From Catajapyx aquilonaris (lineage: Eukaryota), in the NCBI GenBank assembly GCA_000934665.2, contig KZ538296.1:1-64000 (forward strand): a stretch of DNA of 64,000 bases. The letters run 5' to 3'. Of the stretch, positions 37,116 through 50,527 are shown one piece after another. Position 1 is the first letter of the stretch. Every line of letters starts with the position of its first letter. The notes under the pieces are model-generated. The model did not search any database. It had not been told where the DNA came from and worked only from the letters and a program-made list of their open reading frames with translations. The translations under genes were made by a program, and so were the position numbers.

Positions 37116-37710
37116 TTAAAGGGACACTCCACTCAAAATACAAGTTGGTCTCTAAAAATCAGGCAAAAAATCCTGATTCCGGTGCAACAATAGTTTTTTT
37201 CTACAGCAAACAGTAATCTGAGAAATAAAGGTCAAAGTAGGCCGGCTGCTATCCCTCTCCCCCTTCAGTCCAGCCCACACCTCCCTCGGCCACCTGGCGG
37301 CTGCCTGAGGAAGTTGGATGCGGATCCCCCGCTGGTTTAAAATGCAGTTCGGTCGGATATTTCTGGTTGCTGCCAATGCATATGTTGTCACAGAGGACCG
37401 AGGTGTTACTTTTCGGACCTCGCCTTTGCCGAAAAGTAACACTTCGGTGACGACATATGCATTGGCAGCAGCCAGAAATATCCGACCGAACTGCATTTCA
37501 AACCCACGGGGGATCCGCATCCAACTTCGCCCAGTGGCCGGGGGCAGCACGGTGCCACGCTCGATCAGACCTCGAATTTTTTCCCGACTTTCGTCTCTTC
37601 CTCTGTCATTACCGTTCGCCTTAGAGATAAACAGATCGCATTCTCGGAATCAAGATCTTTTGCCTGATTTTTAGAGACCAACTTGTAATTTGCGTGGAGT
37701 GTCCCTTTAA
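37116..37710. mobile_element. TTAA-flanked (Kolobok-like) MITE
   Basis: Same TIR family as 3928-5007. Confidence 0.8.
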
Positions 37711-37763
37711 TATATATTTTAACCATAATTGCAAACATTGCTAAAATGAAATATGGTAGGCTA

Positions 37764-38328
37764 TACAGGGTGTAAATGAATTCGATCGACAAACTTGTAG
37801 GGGTAATAGAGGGGACCAAGACAAGTATTTTTGACATAGGAACCCGTGTCCGGAAACGCCATCTAGAGGGGGTTCATAGACAAGGAACGGGTGTGCTCAG
37901 ACGCGTCAGGAGGGGGCGCTAGGCGAGCGGACTGTTTTGTTGATAGAGGACGCGCAGTTGTTGCCAGGTTATGGCATATTGCGTCGTCGTAAGCAAACAA
38001 CGATGTGATACACCATAACATGGCAACAACAGAACCGTTGTTTACTCTCCACGCGTTTCCTAGGAGGCGTACTTTAGTTGCCAGATGGCTCTGTTGTGGC
38101 CAGGTTATGGCACATCTCACCTTTGTTTACTATCCGAGCGCCATCTATCAACAAGTCAGTCCGCTCGCCTAGCGCCTCCCGCGTGGAGCGTCTGAGCGCA
38201 CCCGTTCCTCGTCTATGAACCCCCTCTAGATGGCGTTTCCGGACACGGGTTCCTATGTCAAAAATACTTGTCTTGGTCCCCTCTATTACCCCTACAAGTT
38301 TGTCGATCGAATTCATTTACACCCTGTA
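37764..38328. mobile_element. Tc1/mariner-type MITE, near-perfect long TIRs
   Basis: TA|CAGGGTGTAAATGAATTCGATCGAC ... GTCGATCGAATTCATTTACACCCTG|TA. Confidence 0.85.
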
Positions 38329-38599
38329 TTTGTGAAGTCCATATGCATTTTTTGAAGAAACTTCAAACAAAATTAGTACCAATTAGAGCTTCATTATTAT
38401 TTCCCTTCAACAGCCATATGACCAATCATTCCCAACATATAAACAAAACAACAGCATTTTTGGTGTCAAACCAAAGGTCAATAATTCCCATTTGCGTATT
38501 TTAATGTTGTTATAAGGCATCTAACATGACTCCCAGGCCTCAGACAAGCTCTGCACATGTCTGGTTACAAGTACGGGATCAAGAACTTCCAATGCTTAC

Positions 38600-38973
38600 T
38601 TTTTTGTCAGATCGAAGTTCATTCATTCTCCTGTGAATGGCCTTGACTATGGAAAGATTGGACACTTGATCCCCTTGGTCATCCATAAACACCTGGTTCC
38701 ATGAGATGCGAGGCTCCAACTTGGTCACACGTATAACCAAAACATTCCTATTCAACATGTTGCTTATCTCACAGGTAGAAACTGGCAGTGAGAACACACA
38801 ATCCATCAAAGTGGCCCCACTTGGCAACTTGATGGATATGTTCTTCTCTTCAACATGTATGTTGCACTCTCCTTCCCCAATATCTTCTGGCAGTGTGATC
38901 CATACTGTGATGATACTGTCGTCTTGCATCCACAAGTAATTGGGGCTGTCACTTTCAGAGAGTTGATGTTCAA
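38600..38973 (-). CDS. NUDCD1: NUDCD1 exon 5 (CS/p23-like domain)
   Basis: YLWMQDDSIITVWITLP...LVIRVTK...W matches the CS domain pattern; splice phases consistent. Confidence 0.88.
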
Positions 38974-39269
38974 CTAGAAGCACAAAATGCATCATATATT
39001 TAATTCATTTTTTTCAAACCCAAGTTACACTAAAACTGCACTAGCAGAAAGGAAGAAGAGTTACTCTGATTGGTTTTGAACCATGCACTGACCTCAAGCT
39101 GAAAAATCAAGTCAGGGACCCTGCTCCACCTCTGAAAGCCAGAAGCAATTTGGTGGCACTGTTCCTTGTTTTTACCACCATCTTGTGGCCAAAGTCTGCC
39201 CATAACCAAGCATTTCTTATGTTCGGTACATAATGTTTTTGTCAGAAGCATGCTGATGGATAAATTATC

Positions 39270-39812
39270 GTCACAACCAAAGTAACTCTTCTTACCCTCC
39301 TGAATTTTGAAAATTTTTGCATTTCCTAATTCCGCTTGGCCTATAGTGTTGAGAAAACATCACCTCCACTGCTAATTTCCACGTTAGCAGGGTGAAAATA
39401 CAGCTAAAGGTGATATTCCGAAGCCACAACACCTGCATCCGGTCGCGGTCGCCTTTCCCCACGTCTGTGCTCTCTCCGGTGCCATGAAGGAGAAGGGTCA
39501 TCTCGCACGCTTTGAAGTCGAATTATTATAATCGCCTTTGACTTCAAAGCATGCAAGATGACCCTTCTACGCAGCACTGGAGAGCGCTACAGACGCGGTG
39601 AAAGGCGACCGCGACCGGGCAGCCGGGGACTCGCGACAGGATGCAGGTGTTGTGGCTTCGGAACATCACATTTTGGCTGTATTTTCACCCTGCTAACGTG
39701 GAAATTAGCAGCAGAGGTGATGTTTTCTCAACACTATAGGCCAAGCAGAATGAGAAAATCAAAAAAATTTCAAAATTCAGGAGGGTAAGAAGAATATTAC
39801 TTTGGTTGTCAC
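39270..39812. mobile_element. Foldback MITE
   Basis: ACAACCAAAGTAA...TCTTACCCTCC / GGAGGGTAAGA...TTACTTTGGTTGT; nearly wholly palindromic. Confidence 0.8.
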
Positions 39813-39908
39813 AGAGGCAACATTATTTGTTCATTATTTTGCAGCACTTGTAATGGAAATACCTGGGTGGTGTTCCCTTGCAAGCATGCAGTCTTCAAAA
39901 ATCACACA

Positions 39909-40663
39909 TACAGTCGAATCCCTTTATAATGAATCCGGATATAACAAAAATCTGCTTATAACAAAAAAGTGACTGTCAGAGGCCCCATATAAACCCATTT
40001 TAAAAATATCCGCTCTTAACGAAAATATTTTCCGTTTTGGTTCGCATATAATGAAAAAATTTCGCTCCTACCTTCCCACCTCTCGGTCGAAAAGGGCGGA
40101 AGTTGGCAAGTCAGGCCATAAATCACAATCTGTGTGTTCGGGATTCAACCTCTTTTCACACATTCCGTCCAAAAGTTGATAATTTGGGGTCCTAATGGAA
40201 GGGAAAGGATTCTCTGGGAGGGGGGAGGGCTGTTGGCCAGTGATTCAGAGCTGCCAGAGCTGCTCACTGGATTTGAATTAGTATCGGAGATAAGAGCCTG
40301 ACATTTTCTTATCATCTTTCCCCACATTTCCTCTTTCCCAACTTGGGTCTACTACTTTACAGTGGGCACAAATCGAGGTGTCGCCTACTGTCAGCTAGAT
40401 GCACGCAAGTTTTGCTCACGGGAGATTGTGCCGGCGGGTTACCTGATTGCTGTAGCTTGTTGTTGCATTTGCGCCGTGCTTTGAGAGATCATCTAATTTA
40501 GCGGGGAATAATTTTTTACTATTTTTCCCGCTACCAGGGCTTAATATAATGCCTAAATATAGAAAAAGCGAGGTTTACACACGTTTTTTTACATAACGAA
40601 ATTCACATATAATGAAAGAAAATTTTGTTCCCTTCAATTTCGTTATAGAGGGATTTGACTGTA
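39909..40663. mobile_element. pogo/Tigger-like MITE
   Basis: TA|CAGTCGAATCCCT ... AGGGATTTGACTG|TA. Confidence 0.75.
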
Positions 40664-41042
40664 ATACCAAATTGTGACCTTGGCCAATCTTCATTGGACT
40701 GGGCTGCATTAGCATCAGCACTTGAAATAGGCAGGTTTTTTATTTTTTCAAAAAAAAAAAAAGCTTTAGAGCAAGATTTTTTTACTCTCCTAATTGACAT
40801 GGTACCCAAATAGCTATTTCTTTGTGTAAAAAAAGGAATTCAACATTAAATCGATTCATTTGGGTCAATTGTTCAGTCCATGCAATGATAAGACCTCACA
40901 TGCAACAGTACTGCCATCCCAAGGAACACCCTAACTACAAAACAGGAAACTAAGGTCACATACAGGCCCAGCACCCATCCCCCCTGGGCCAGGGGGTAAG
41001 CGTGAAGGGGCTGCATGCAACTTTCATATTACCAGTTTTGTA

Positions 41043-42180
41043 GGGAAGGCGGAGTGGTGCTGCGGTAACGTATGCGCCCACGGATGTTAAGGTCCCGGGT
41101 TCGATCCCAGCTCGGGGACACCCCCTTCATCTCGTGCAGAGTTCATTGGGTCACCTCTGGCTTCGTCTCGGGTGGTATTTCCTACAGACTAAACCACCCA
41201 GGGGAGTTCACTAAAAATGGCCACATAAAGACATTGCACTGCACCTTGCACATCCCTTCCTGTCATCCTGCCCGTGGGCCCGGGCGTTACGTATAAAGGT
41301 TCCGATGTATGTATGAGTATAAAATAAAGGTCCGTGCTATATCCTCCTGAGACCTGGTGTCGACATATGTCGACATCAGCAAAATATTTTTTTTGGCGCC
41401 AACCAGTGATGCCAACAGAACTGTAATATGTTGGTATCCCATGGTTACAATCTGGCCTCAATAGCTGTAGCCACCTAGCGTCGAATATCTGGCTTGGACC
41501 GCGAAAATTAAATCGCGGATAAAATGGCGGATTCCGCTGCTGAAGCTAGGCGCTCATCTGATCAGTTTTATTTTTTTACTCATATTTAGAATGCGATTTT
41601 CGCAATGCAGTGAATGTTCTGGGATTCGCAAGGAATGTGTCTTAGGAAATGCGAAAAGATGTGTCTGTGACAATCTTTGTTGCTGTAGAGAACTGGTAAT
41701 TTTCTTTTCTGCCTGAGACCAAATGCCCATTTAAATGGACATCCGAAAAATGGAATTTTTAGCTGAATGGGTGTGACTTTTCTTTAAGTGCCTGTACCTA
41801 TACACCCACAAGGAAGTGTGCTTTTCACTATGCAGTTCAGTTTTAAAATCTAGAATAGCAAGGTACCACTCTAGCGGGTAAGAAGGGAAGGAGCAAGCCC
41901 CATCCCTGGAGTGGTGGCATTCAAAAATAATTTCATTTATCTTTAATTGTCTTCTGAGAGGAATTGCTACCACTAATTCCACAAATGAATTTTAAAAACA
42001 TCGTTTGGAGGATAGAGCACTATGTGAGTGATCCATTAAGTGGTATTTAAATTTTCAGCTTTCATCCGTTCTGCTTTTGTAGCACCAAGTTAAAAAATTC
42101 TTCTCAGGTCTCAGGAGGTTATACCTCAGATGACGTTAAGCACTACCCGGATTATTATTATTATTATTATCATCATTATT
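41043..42180 (+). mobile_element. SINE family B interrupted by a piggyBac-like MITE (41341-42121)
   Basis: TSD ATTACCAGTTTTGT; inner TIR CCTCCTGAGACCTG...CAGGTCTCAGGAGG. Confidence 0.7.
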
Positions 42181-42202
42181 ACCAGTTTTGTGTACAGTAT
42201 GA

Positions 42203-43485
42203 GGGGGAGGTGAAGTCACGCTGGGGTAATGTATGTGCCCACAGATGTAAGGGTCACAGGTTCGTTCCCAAGCCCGGGCATTCCCCCCTTCATCTTGTGC
42301 AGAGTTGGGTCTTCTCTGGCTTCGTCTCGGGTGGGATTCCTTGAGTAACCACCCGGGGAATCTCACAAAATGACCATAGCAACGACATTGCACTTGCACC
42401 TGGCCTCCCACTCATCCCTTCCCACGGACCCGGATGCTTTGTAAAAAGTGCTAAAAATGTACAGTGTACATGTTAGGCTCAAATCCGAAAACGCTCACCG
42501 AGTGAAAAATTCGACCACATCTAGTTCTTGTCCTTTTCAAACCATCCATGCCTAGAACCCAGATCTAGTCGCCTTCAAAACAGCCAGACCTAGGTCTGGT
42601 CATTTCCAAACCAGCTGGAACTAGGTTTGGGTTTTAAAACAGCCACAGCTAGTTCTGGTCATTACTGCTGTTCATATACCTGTGGATATGCTATGGAGGT
42701 GATGAAGAGATGGTTCGAGCCCTCGGTGTAGGTGTAACTGTGGGCAGTGCCGTAACAGGAACATTGGGGGCCCAGGTGCGAGTCATGATTTCTTCTCTCT
42801 CCCCCCTCCCCCCCACCCCCCCCCCCCCATTCCATTGCCAGATAATTTTACTTCGTTGCAAGAGTAGCACTTATTGTGTGTTGCTCATCTGCCCAACAAT
42901 ACTGGCTGTCTTGTGCCACTGCAGGCCAACAAATGTTATCGTGGCTTTGCGAAGCACATTCCAGTGATTGGACAAGCCACAATAACGTTCGCTGGCCTGC
43001 GGCGCACAAAGACGGACAATATTGTTGGGCAGATACACAACCCACAATAAGTGCTCAGCTTGCAATGCTCGCAACCAACTAAAATCATTGGGCAATCCAC
43101 GGACATTGCTCGGCAGGGCGCGATCAACCCAAAGCGCCACAGCCACACCAACAAAAAAGGGGCTCGATCCATCTCACCATCTCCTCCACAGGTATATGAA
43201 TAAGCAGTAACGACCAGAACTAACTGTGGCTGTTTTACAATGACCAGACCTAGATATGTCTGTTTTGAAACAACCACACCTAAGTCTGGATGGTTTGCCA
43301 AGACCAGACCAATGTCTGTCAGTTTTGAAACGTCCACATCTAGGTCTGGATGGTTTACAAATGACCAGACCTAGGTGTGGTCGGATTTTTTGCTCAGTGA
43401 GTGTTTTCGGGGTTTGAGCCTAACATACACAAGGACATAATAAAGGTCCGTACTACATACCTCACAATGAGGTCAAGCACTGCCC

Positions 43486-43555
<70 letters not shown>
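42203..43555 (+). mobile_element. SINE family B interrupted by a MITE (42471-43425), with long (ATT)n tail
   Basis: TSD TACAGTATGAG; inner TIR TGTTAGGCTCAAA...TTTGAGCCTAACA with ~30 bp subterminal repeats. Confidence 0.7.
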
Positions 43556-43556
<1 letters not shown>

Positions 43557-43764
43557 CAGTATGAGAGTTTTTCCTTGGGATAACACATGATCTGATTGGC
43601 TGGTGGTTGGTGCCAAACACTCCCCCATATGCTTCGCCAGCCTCTTTCATGTTGATTAAGTATATGCCACCATTTTTCACATATACAGTACATGATGTGA
43701 CTACTATAATGGAGTCTCTCTTATTGCCAAGGCTTATCAGGAGTCAATTGTAATAACAGACATG

Positions 43765-43983
43765 TGTACTATCGGACGCAAAAAGAATGTCCGGGGAGAG
43801 TCTTCGTTCAGCCTGGTGGAGGCAAACCATTGCACAGATGTGTACACACACACTTGTGTGTACGTCCGTGCTTATCTGCTGAGCTTTTTCCCTCCTCCCT
43901 TAGCTACCCAGGTGCAATGGTTCGCCTCCACCAGGCTGAACGAAGACTCTCCCCGGACATTCTTTTTGCGTGCCTATGTACAT
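43765..43983. repeat. Short palindromic MITE
   Basis: ~70 bp inverted arms. Confidence 0.75.
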
Positions 43984-44118
43984 TGTCATACATCAGAAGT
44001 TAATTTTCTTACATGTTAGAATATTTTGCATTAAAAAAAAAAATTGTGTTTAAGAGTTCATTGACTGGTCGGACTACCCTTTATTGTCATGAATACCTTT
44101 GGACAAAGATGATCATAC

Positions 44119-44280
44119 CTATCCTTTCAACCAACTGATAATCTTCCTCAGGTGGGATGTCATAAAATCGGCGCTCACTTGCCAAGAGTAACCCAGTACC
44201 AGTGACTTCCAGTGCTATGTAGTCAATGCTGCCTGTGCCTGCCATGCGGCATTGCTTTTTAGTAAACCAGGTTCCACCCT
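44119..44280 (-). CDS. NUDCD1: NUDCD1 exon 4
   Basis: EGGTWFTKKQCRMAGTGSIDYIALE...; ag/gt sites, phase 1 on both sides. Confidence 0.85.
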
Positions 44281-44337
44281 CTAGAAGAATAAAAAAAATT
44301 ATCACAGATCCTTATTGATAACAATTATTTTACTCAC

Positions 44338-44734
44338 CCTTCCATACTTGCAGCAAGTCAACCAAGGTCACAAAACCTGACTTTTCATTTTTCGGAGTCT
44401 TCCATAGGGAAACTTTTCCAGCATCTTCCACATGCACGAGGGCCACCTCAAACATTGTAACTGTGCCATTTGGGTGCACATCTGTTTTTGAATGCTTCAC
44501 CACAAATCCTTTGCACCCTTGAACTTCTATTGGTGCCGGATTTAATACCTCCCACAGCTCTTCATTGTGACTGGTTCTGCGCAGGCCTGTGTGAACCAGG
44601 TAGAGTAACCCTGCCCCATCTGCAATGACCACATGCCTCTCATCCGGAAAACTCATGGAGAAGTTGTACTTTCTTCTGTCACTATTACACACAGGTATCT
44701 GCCACACTTCCACTACATCCACATGCCAATGTGT
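44338..44734 (-). CDS. NUDCD1: NUDCD1 exon 3
   Basis: YNFSMSF...VIADGAGLLYLVHTG motif. Confidence 0.88.
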
Positions 44735-44792
44735 CTGAAGTACAATAACAGAAATTGAGCAAAAGCTGGACAATAATTTTGAAGCCATCTAC

Positions 44793-44950
44793 CTGATCAT
44801 TGAATGTTGCCTTCCACACTCGTCCATCATGTGTAAATAAGTAATTAAAGGATGGATTCCACTGGTCAATGTGCAAATGGTTGTGCATATTAAGCACTTT
44901 TGCATGTTGGTAAGAATACTCATCTGCACTAGATTGGATGTGGTCTACCA
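44793..44950 (-). CDS. NUDCD1: NUDCD1 exon 2
   Basis: EYSYQHAKVLNMHNHLHIDQW motif. Confidence 0.88.
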
Positions 44951-45128
44951 CTGCAAAGAGATAATACCTTCCTTCACACCCAGTTCCTCCTCCAACTTTT
45001 TTAACAGGCCATTCAGAGATAATGGCAATTATGAGGCTCAAAACTAACTTAACTGCTGTTAGTTCTTAACAGCTCGTTATGAAAGTCAAAGAAACTCATA
45101 ATCAGAAAATAGTAGTGGCCATGCTCAC

Positions 45129-45252
45129 CCGATTCCAGTCGTTTTATGTAGACGAGCGGCTGACTGAGGTTAAGTCGATAACCTTCAAAAGTTGGATCCA
45201 TCAAATTAGGATTTGGCCGCAATGCGACCGTCATGGTCTCGGAACGGAGCAT
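45129..45252 (-). CDS. NUDCD1: NUDCD1 exon 1
   Basis: LRPNPNLMDPTFEGYRLNL N-terminal motif; gtgag donor. Start could be 45252 or the downstream ATG at 45234. Confidence 0.88.
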
Positions 45253-45344
45253 TATGGGTAAGTCAGCTATCCAAAGTCACAGGTCATCAAGGAAACCCAG
45301 GTCAGGACATCAGTAATTTATTGCGCTTCTCTACAAGAAAAGCA

Positions 45345-45500
45345 CAGTAGCACTGCTAATCGGGAGGTCCTGGGTTCGAATCCCGTGGCCGGCAACCTTG
45401 ACCGTGGTTTTCTGTGGTTTTCCACGGTTCTTTCTAGGATAATTCCGGGGTCGCTTCCGTATAATAGGCCACAGCCGCTTCCTTCATTCTCTATCCTCGG
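45345..45500 (+). mobile_element. SINE family C (partial) in the NUDCD1/RNF146 promoter region
   Basis: Homologous to 20565-20845. Confidence 0.7.
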
Positions 45501-46364
45501 AGGTTGAAAGGCAATGCTGGGCCAGCCTCCTTAAATATATCAATTATAAAGTAGCAGTAACAGGTGCAGAAATACAATGCAGCTATATCCACAAATGGGA
45601 ACAAAACCACGCAGGCCCGAACTCAACAGTAGCTAGTTTTATACGGCGTTACCAACCAGACTGCAAATCCCTAGAAGCGCATAAACTCATACCTTTTTCT
45701 GACTTCTAGTCAACGTTGGGCGACGACCGCGTCACCGCGACGACCATGCAGGCATTCACTTCAGAAGTTCAGATCCGAATCCGACACTTTTGGTTTCATG
45801 GTTTGTATGATAATAGCGGAGCTGTTAATTTTATTAAAGCATGTAAGAAATAATCAGCAGGTCTTGCAGCAGGTACAAGTTATCTGCTTGTTTTGTTCAA
45901 GAGGCGTCACCGGTCACGGCATATGAACCTCATACACCACCGTCTAGGCGTCTACCACTTCATGGTTCTCATGATCGAGGTAGATGATACCGCTCGTGCG
46001 CATAAAGCCGGCTTGACATGCTTAGAAACGCTAAACTTCACTGCTATTTTGGTCCATCACAGTCGTGATCGCAGTTGTGATAACGTCAGTCTGGTAACTG
46101 TACTTCTTAGCAATTATTACTTCATTTAAATTATTAATCTATAAATAGTACAATTGGGAGTAAAAAATTTCCATTCACTACATTAAATGGTTGAAGATAA
46201 AAGTCAGTTTTCACGTCATATAAGACAGCTTCTGCAGTTCTGCAGTCTGCACGTCGAACACAAAGAACATGGCTACCGCTTGAGAAACTAACTCTGCTCT
46301 TGCGTATGTTGATACATTTTTGTAGCAACTGTCTAACGAGTACACTTGTCTGAAGGATAGTGAG

Positions 46365-46413
46365 ATGGCTGGGAGAGATGATGTAGCGAGGGGCACCAGA
46401 AGTAGCCCATCAG
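46365..46413 (+). CDS. RNF146: RNF146 probable first coding exon
   Basis: MAGRDDVARGTRSSPS then G|gtaatg; phase 1 matches the RING exon; upstream acceptor tttttgtag at 46325. Confidence 0.6.
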
Positions 46414-47116
46414 GTAATGTATTGAGCTTATTACAACTCATAAGCCTATTTTATACAGGGTGATTCAGGAGGTGTGAACTTGCACTCGGACCCAGGTTAC
46501 TTACGACATTCCAAGACGATTCTAGCAGTCTTGTGATTAGTGGCTGCATTGTAGAGATACTTGTATGCGAATTTGTGTGTCGTACACATGAATAATCAGG
46601 AATGTCTTGCAGTTTATTCCATTTCCCAACTACCCTGCCACTCATGACATGGTTTATTTATTTTGTGCATGGGACATTATGAGTAGCAGTAACAAATAAG
46701 CATTTGGACATGTATGACGTGGGCAGTCACTGTCAAAGATTGTGGGCTGGTACTTGCAAGACACTCAGCTGAAATTAGCACAAGAAATGCACCCACTAGA
46801 ATTGCTTGAGCTATTGAGGTCAGAATTTTATACCATAGATGAGTATAAGTTAACTTTTTGTAAGACTTGGTTCTCAGGTTTATAGCTTCTATGTGGATTA
46901 GGGAACATGCCAGGGAATACCTTCGGATGTAATGTGAAGGGGTGTGTCATGGGGGCACAGAAGTCGTCTATAAGTTACTCAAAGACAGAGCTGCCACTTT
47001 GTTACTATTTGTTACTATTTTTTTAAGGAGTTAGTATTTGTTTCCTGTTTTTAAGGGATGGTTACATTTAGTTACTTTTTTCTTGCAATCTGTAAAAGAC
47101 TAAAAGTATTATAAAA

Positions 47117-48152
47117 TACAAGGGAACGTCAATAAGTAATGCACAATGGATTTTTTTGAGCCATGTCAATAACAAAAATGTTTCATACGTGACAGCAAGG
47201 GACAATTTTTTTTTCTTTCAACATATGAACTGTTTCTGTTGATGTATTGATCCCACTGTGACACAAGGTTAAAGATCCCACGTTTTTAGAGCTCCGTGTT
47301 TTGCCATAATACCTTTTTTTCAGGGGAGAAAAGAGATGAAAGTAGTTCTGCAGACGGTCAGGTCCATGGTCAGGTCTGCACACATCTGCATGAGTGTGCC
47401 CACTAGTGCCTCAAAAGAAAATGAACCAGCAAATATGGCGAATGTGTTAGCTTCGTCCATGTTTACTCTCCGATTCACATAAGAGGGAACCTTTTTGGGT
47501 ACCGGTATCCATATGCCCGAGGGGTTGGTGATGCACCTGAAAATAGTTCCCACCATGCTGGGCCATACACTCCTCACAACAAAATGTGCAGTCTGTGTAG
47601 TGCTGCAGCTGCCCCATGGGCTGCCCGTCGTAATTAGGCTGTCAAATTACATGTACTGTACCAGCAGTGTTTCTTCGAGAAAGCCAGAGATATGGGAGAC
47701 TAATTTTGCGGCGGATGGTTGCTGCGTAGCCAACAGTGTACTGTATTCTGCAGTCCTTTTCCGCATGCTGTATTGTAATTTAAAAAGATTTTACACCACC
47801 AATTTTGGATAAAAATTAGTTACGAACGTCCTTCTTTTTCAAGTGTTAGTGTATGCCACAAAACACCACCAACAGGCTACGGTATTCACCGTGTAAAAAC
47901 CATAGCTGTTGGCCTTCTGGCGGGCACAGTCCAAATCAAAATTTCTAACATATAGCTTACTTCATGGATTCCCCCTTTTCTTTTGTACAGGCAAAAGTTC
48001 ACTCTTATGTGAACCGGAGAGTATTGAGCAACTGGCTGTTGTGCATTTTTTGTGGGCAAAAGAACGGGCACTTCAATAATTAGGTTCCAAATATGTACAT
48101 CGTACAAATAAAGGTCTGTGCTACATGCAGAGAAGGCCAAGCACTACCCGGA

Positions 48153-48216
<64 letters not shown>

Positions 48217-48530
48217 GTGGGCAAAAGATAAAACACCCACGCAAATTCACATAACATGACAGAAGTGTATGGGAACACCACTGCACCCTCATGCAGATGT
48301 GTACAGACCTGACCTTCCGCAGAGCGACTTTCGTCTCTTTTCCCCCTTGAACGAAAGGTCTTATGGCAAAGAATGGTGCTCTAAAAACATGCCATCTTTA
48401 CCCTTGTGCCACGATGGAACCAATGCATCAACAGAAATGGTTCATATGTTGAAAAATAGCCAAAAGGTGTCCCTTGCTCTCACCTATGAAACATTTGTTA
48501 TTGACATTAAACGTGGCTTTTAAAAAATTC
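47117..48530. mobile_element. mariner-like foldback MITE (contains SINE 3' end and (ATT)n)
   Basis: ATGTCAATAACAAAAATGTTTCATA...AGCAAGGGAC is inverted at 48468-48510. Confidence 0.6.
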
Positions 48531-49355
48531 ATTAAAATACAGTTCAACAAATCATACAAAATCCACATGCATACATTTACTTGCCCAAATGTGGGTGCAT
48601 TTGCCTCTTGCATTCCCCAGAGGGGACACCAGATTTCAACACTACTCTCAGACAAGGAAAGTAAAAAAAAAAAATGCCTGTATTTCCCCATCGACATCAT
48701 CATTCATAAGTTTTCTAAGTACGTATTACAAACAATAAATAACTCATAACACTAATCAATAATTGAAAATTAATTACTAATCATATTCAGAACATGAAGG
48801 TGCAGTCATTATTTCCTGCGTAAAAATTCAAACACCTGTATCTTAAAAATCTGAAGGAATATTGAGCAAGTTTGAACTTGTATTGTTAGCTGGGACTCTA
48901 CTGAAGCACACGTGACTACTGCCAGCTCTTGAGCAGCAGAAGAACCTGCGCAAAAAAGTAAAATGTAACAACTGTGCAGGTGTCCCCTGTAGGGGACACA
49001 AGGGTGGTGTTTTTGGTCCCTCTCCAGGAAGATGGAGAGGGGGCGTGGCCTCTACCCGAGCGTTTTTGGTGCCTCTCCAGAGAGTTGGAGAGGGGGGAAA
49101 TGGGGGGTGAAGTGGGCGGAGCACTCCACAAAATCCCCAAAAGTGTCTTCTCTCCTCGGAGGTGGAAGAGACTTTCTGGAGAGGGGGCTGTAGCGGAGGG
49201 AGGGCGGGAAGCGGGTGAAGGTTTAAGAATTAAACCTCACCAAGGAATTGGTTGCGGAATTAAACCTCCTTGGGCCCAGGGTCCTCGCCTCGCGCTCTTC
49301 TCAACTGTTTTGAGTGCCTTCTCCCCTAGCTACACCATTCCGTCCGTTTTTGGGT

Positions 49356-49863
49356 TTAACCCTCAGACGGTGACGTGCGAAATGTTCCCTCTCCGGTGAC
49401 GTGGGCACTTTTTGTGACCAAGCCATATTTTTTGTTAAATCTGGCGAAATATAGCACATTCGGGCTTCACCTTTGAGACAATCATAGTGTGATTCCTTCT
49501 ACGACAAATAGCGTTTAGTTTACATTTTTTGAGAAAATAGTGCGATCAGAAAAAAATCGGAAAGAAAATCAGTCGGGGTCAATTCCCGGGGGTAGGGGGA
49601 TTCCACCCCTTGGCGGCCTGGGATGCCACCGGGAGCCGCCAGACCGGATCTTGGTCAGGCCCCAACTACGCATTGCCGCCTAATTTATTTTTTCCTGGTC
49701 GCGCTATTTGCTCAAAAAATTTAAACTAAACGTAATTCATCACAGAAATAGTCAAACGAAAATGTTCTCAAAGATGAATCTCGAATGTCCTAAATTTGCC
49801 AAGTTATAGCAAAAAAAGGGTCGTTGGTCACAAAAAGTGCCCACGTCACCGTCCGAGGGTTAA
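49356..49863. mobile_element. piggyBac-like MITE
   Basis: TTAA|CCCTCAGACGGTGACGTG ... CACGTCACCGTCCGAGGG|TTAA. Confidence 0.8.
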
Positions 49864-50527
49864 TAGTGGAGAGGGGGGATGTGGGGGATATTCTGGAAGC
49901 CCCGCCCTCTTCCACCTCTCCTCTCCATCTTCCTGGAGAGGGAGCAAAAACACCACCTAGGCATATCTGGGTTAAGCATGAGTACGATGAGCATCTCATA
50001 GAGACATAGAGAGCAAAAATACCTTTCAAATGCACAAGTCAAGTTTCAGATTTACCCTGTTTTTCTGGGAGTTATGGTCCTCCAAACGTGACAGCACAAG
50101 GAGCGAAATTGTTTGAAAATCGGACGTTTTGCACTCTGTAGTTTTGAAAACACGCGTAGTAGAGTACTTTATGTTTTACCTGCATAGAACACATTTATGT
50201 ATGTAATAATGCTATTAGGGGAGACAAGGGGGCCATTCTGTATGATTCTGAAGAATAAAATTCATGTTGCAGAATTATCACATACTTGTAGGAATGACAT
50301 ATTTAGGTTACTTTTTGGTTACGATTGTACTGCTTTGAAGTTACTATAATTTTTGTAAAAATGAGTGGCAGCCCTGCCAAGAGCACCCAACAAGATAAAC
50401 AATAAGATAGTATAAGCTTGGTCTCGTGGTAGACCAAGTGAAAGAGCAATCATTTTACATTCTGAATAAGTAGTATAACTGCTCATAGGATTGTGTCAAC
50501 TGTGTGCCTTTTTTTTGTCTCTGGCAG

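Noticed and set aside
42515..43380. CRISPR-like array of ~30 bp repeats
   Set aside because: Degenerate tandem subterminal repeats of a MITE with no unique spacers, in a eukaryotic intron with no cas genes.
43394..43693. Poly-Ile ORFs
   Set aside because: Translation of an (ATT)n SINE-tail microsatellite.
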